Shown in pieces: positions 23,816 to 25,341 of a stretch of 25,341 bases of DNA. Position numbers and translations under genes: made by a program. The DNA comes from a virus. Taxonomy: Duplodnaviria > Caudoviricetes. How positions within the stretch are numbered: position 1 is the first letter of the stretch; each line of letters opens with the position of its first letter. The notes under the pieces were generated by a model that did not search any database, was not told where the DNA came from, and worked only from the letters and a program-made list of their open reading frames with translations. Location: the IMG/VR virus record IMGVR_UViG_3300025470_000078, positions 1 to 25,341 of that record. One strand, given 5' to 3'.

Positions 23816-25341
23816 TAGCAGTCTCCGTAGCTTGCACCAATCCCAGACTCGCAGTTAAGCGGCAGGGTACTTGCCCACTCGGGCCTCCAACGCATACATT
23901 CCTCAACGTATTCCTGTGCGGCTTTGGCCTCGGCAGCAGGAGCTATGCACGCAACCGCATCGTGCACAGTCAATACCACGTGATACTTCTTAGCGATACG
24001 TAGCATCTGCTCTGCGATGACACAGCGTGCGACGGCTTGGCATAAGTTTTCAACCAGCTTGCCACCATACATCTTGGTTTCGCCCTTGCGTGTCTTGTAG
24101 ACCAGCTCGGTTTTATTATCACGTGTTATCTTTTTCAGACCTTCGTAGCGTTGCCACAGTCCGCTAGGCAGTAGGAATCCTTCACGCTTAGCGTCGAACT
24201 TGACCGCATCTACTACGCCAAAGGTCGCAGCCCGCTGCGCAATGATCGCTTCCAAGCAATTGTTCCCTTGCTTCCACAGCTCCGGTATCTTTGCATATGT
24301 GGAACGATAGACCGAAATGATACGCTGACATTCTTCAAGCGATGTTTCTTGTCCAAATGTTTTAAGCTGAATCTGGAACTTCGCCGCACCCATCCCATAC
24401 CCTGCGCCAAGGATCGTTGTCTTGCCGACAAACCGTTCCTCTTTCGTAATTTCATCCACTCCCTTGCCATAGATAGCCGATGCCATGATCTTGTATACGT
24501 CCTCGCCATTCTCAAATGCCTCTACTAAATCTGTCTGTCCTGCTAACCATGCAACGGTGCGTGCTTCAATCTGCGACGAGTCCGAATCGATGATGACGTA
24601 GCCCTCGGGGGCCATGATGGATTTCTTTAACTTGTTTGCGTTCTGCCCACGGCTCGGTAGGTTCTGCAAGTTGATCTTGTCGTCCCCGCCCCAACGCCCT
24701 GTATGCGCCGCATAGTATTTAATTGGCACTGGTAACTTGCCCCTGTAACCAATATCTATAAACCTCTGTGTACGAGTTTCCTCCAGAGTTGTTTTGTTGC
24801 CCAACCTAGCACTCACTAAGATCTGTACACGTGGGTCTGCATGTTCAAGTAAAACTTTAAACTCTTCGTCAGTCTTGGCAAACGCCCATGCTGACTTGCC
24901 AGTGCGTGCACTGATCTTTCGGGGTGGCTCAACTCCCAAGCTCATGAGTAGTTCTGCAAACTTGTCATTGGACATTAGTAAGTCCTTGTCCACAGCAGCC
25001 GACTCCAGCAGTGCGGCCTTGCGTTCCTTGACGTTTTGTATGTGCTCCTCCAGCATGTGGATATTCAGCTCAAGGGTTGGCTCGACGAACATCCGTAAGG
25101 TTGTATCAATAACCTTTAACTCCTTTGTAGGAAAGCCCGTATCCATCAGCCTGCCAAACAGCGTGCGTGTCAGCTCCACGTCGTTCTTGCAGTAGTCGCC
25201 ATACTTATCAAGCTCTTCTTTGGTGAAATCTACCCTGCGTTTGCCCAGCGCGTTGAGCACCTCAGTGCCCTTCTCGCCAATCTCGTATCGCTCGGCCAAA
25301 GCTTTGAGGCTCCCGCCAGCATCCACGCCATGAACTGCACG
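23815..25341 (-). CDS. polA: DNA polymerase family A (5'-truncated; frame open to the window edge)
   Basis: ExoIII YCKNDV, HTGRWGG, NLQNLP, motif A DSSQIEAR, motif B R..GKTTILGAGYG and motif C TVHDA. The frame continues upstream of the track's GTG (RAVHGVDAGG). Confidence 0.95.
   Translation of the reverse strand, partial: RAVHGVDAGGSLKALAERYEIGEKGTEVLNALGKRRVDFTKEELDKYGDYCKNDVELTRTLFGRLMDTGFPTKELKVIDTTLRMFVEPTLELNIHMLEEHIQNVKERKAALLESAAVDKDLLMSNDKFAELLMSLGVEPPRKISARTGKSAWAFAKTDEEFKVLLEHADPRVQILVSARLGNKTTLEETRTQRFIDIGYRGKLPVPIKYYAAHTGRWGGDDKINLQNLPSRGQNANKLKKSIMAPEGYVIIDSDSSQIEARTVAWLAGQTDLVEAFENGEDVYKIMASAIYGKGVDEITKEERFVGKTTILGAGYGMGAAKFQIQLKTFGQETSLEECQRIISVYRSTYAKIPELWKQGNNCLEAIIAQRAATFGVVDAVKFDAKREGFLLPSGLWQRYEGLKKITRDNKTELVYKTRKGETKMYGGKLVENLCQAVARCVIAEQMLRIAKKYHVVLTVHDAVACIAPAAEAKAAQEYVEECMRWRPEWASTLPLNCESGIGASYGDC

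Noticed and set aside
1-25341. Stop-codon reassignment, introns or inteins in the polymerase or helicases, tRNAs, integrase
   Set aside because: Genes tile densely in the standard code using TAA, TGA and TAG. Motif spacing in the enzymes is uninterrupted, and no cloverleaf or recombinase motifs were seen.

Overview
Fragment of a tailed dsDNA phage genome with P22/podovirus-like virion gene order. The host is Gram-negative, judged from the spanins. Two convergent blocks meet at a hairpin near 16.3 kb. The + strand (1-16307) carries the 3' ends of nested Rz/Rz1-like spanins, a GH24 endolysin, a tail hub/tubular-type protein and a probable needle/plug protein. These are followed by an expanded set of probable internal-virion/ejection genes: a Gly-rich protein with a tape-measure-like GEFV C-terminal module, a GGYGG/Gln low-complexity protein, a GNAT-like protein, a 1039-aa Gly/Ala/Gln repeat protein, an SLT transglycosylase protein and a 1925-aa HExxH/PLxRxG polyvalent protein. 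The - strand (16340-25341) is a replication module: family A polymerase (5'-truncated, Leu762 type), PD-(D/E)xK Cas4-like nuclease, HNH, SNF2 helicase, SSB-like protein, HTH and a RepB-primase/DUF927 helicase fusion. The most notable signals are (1) a shared (F/Y/L/M)-A/S-x-G-G motif on several ejection proteins, (2) a GNAT gene coupled to a leader-plus-poly-Gly protein, (3) 38 uninterrupted charge-free Gly heptads, (4) two sigma70 promoters with a shared palindrome over the -35, and (5) structured RNA leaders before the primase-helicase and SNF2 genes. All family calls come from motifs read by eye; no searches were run.
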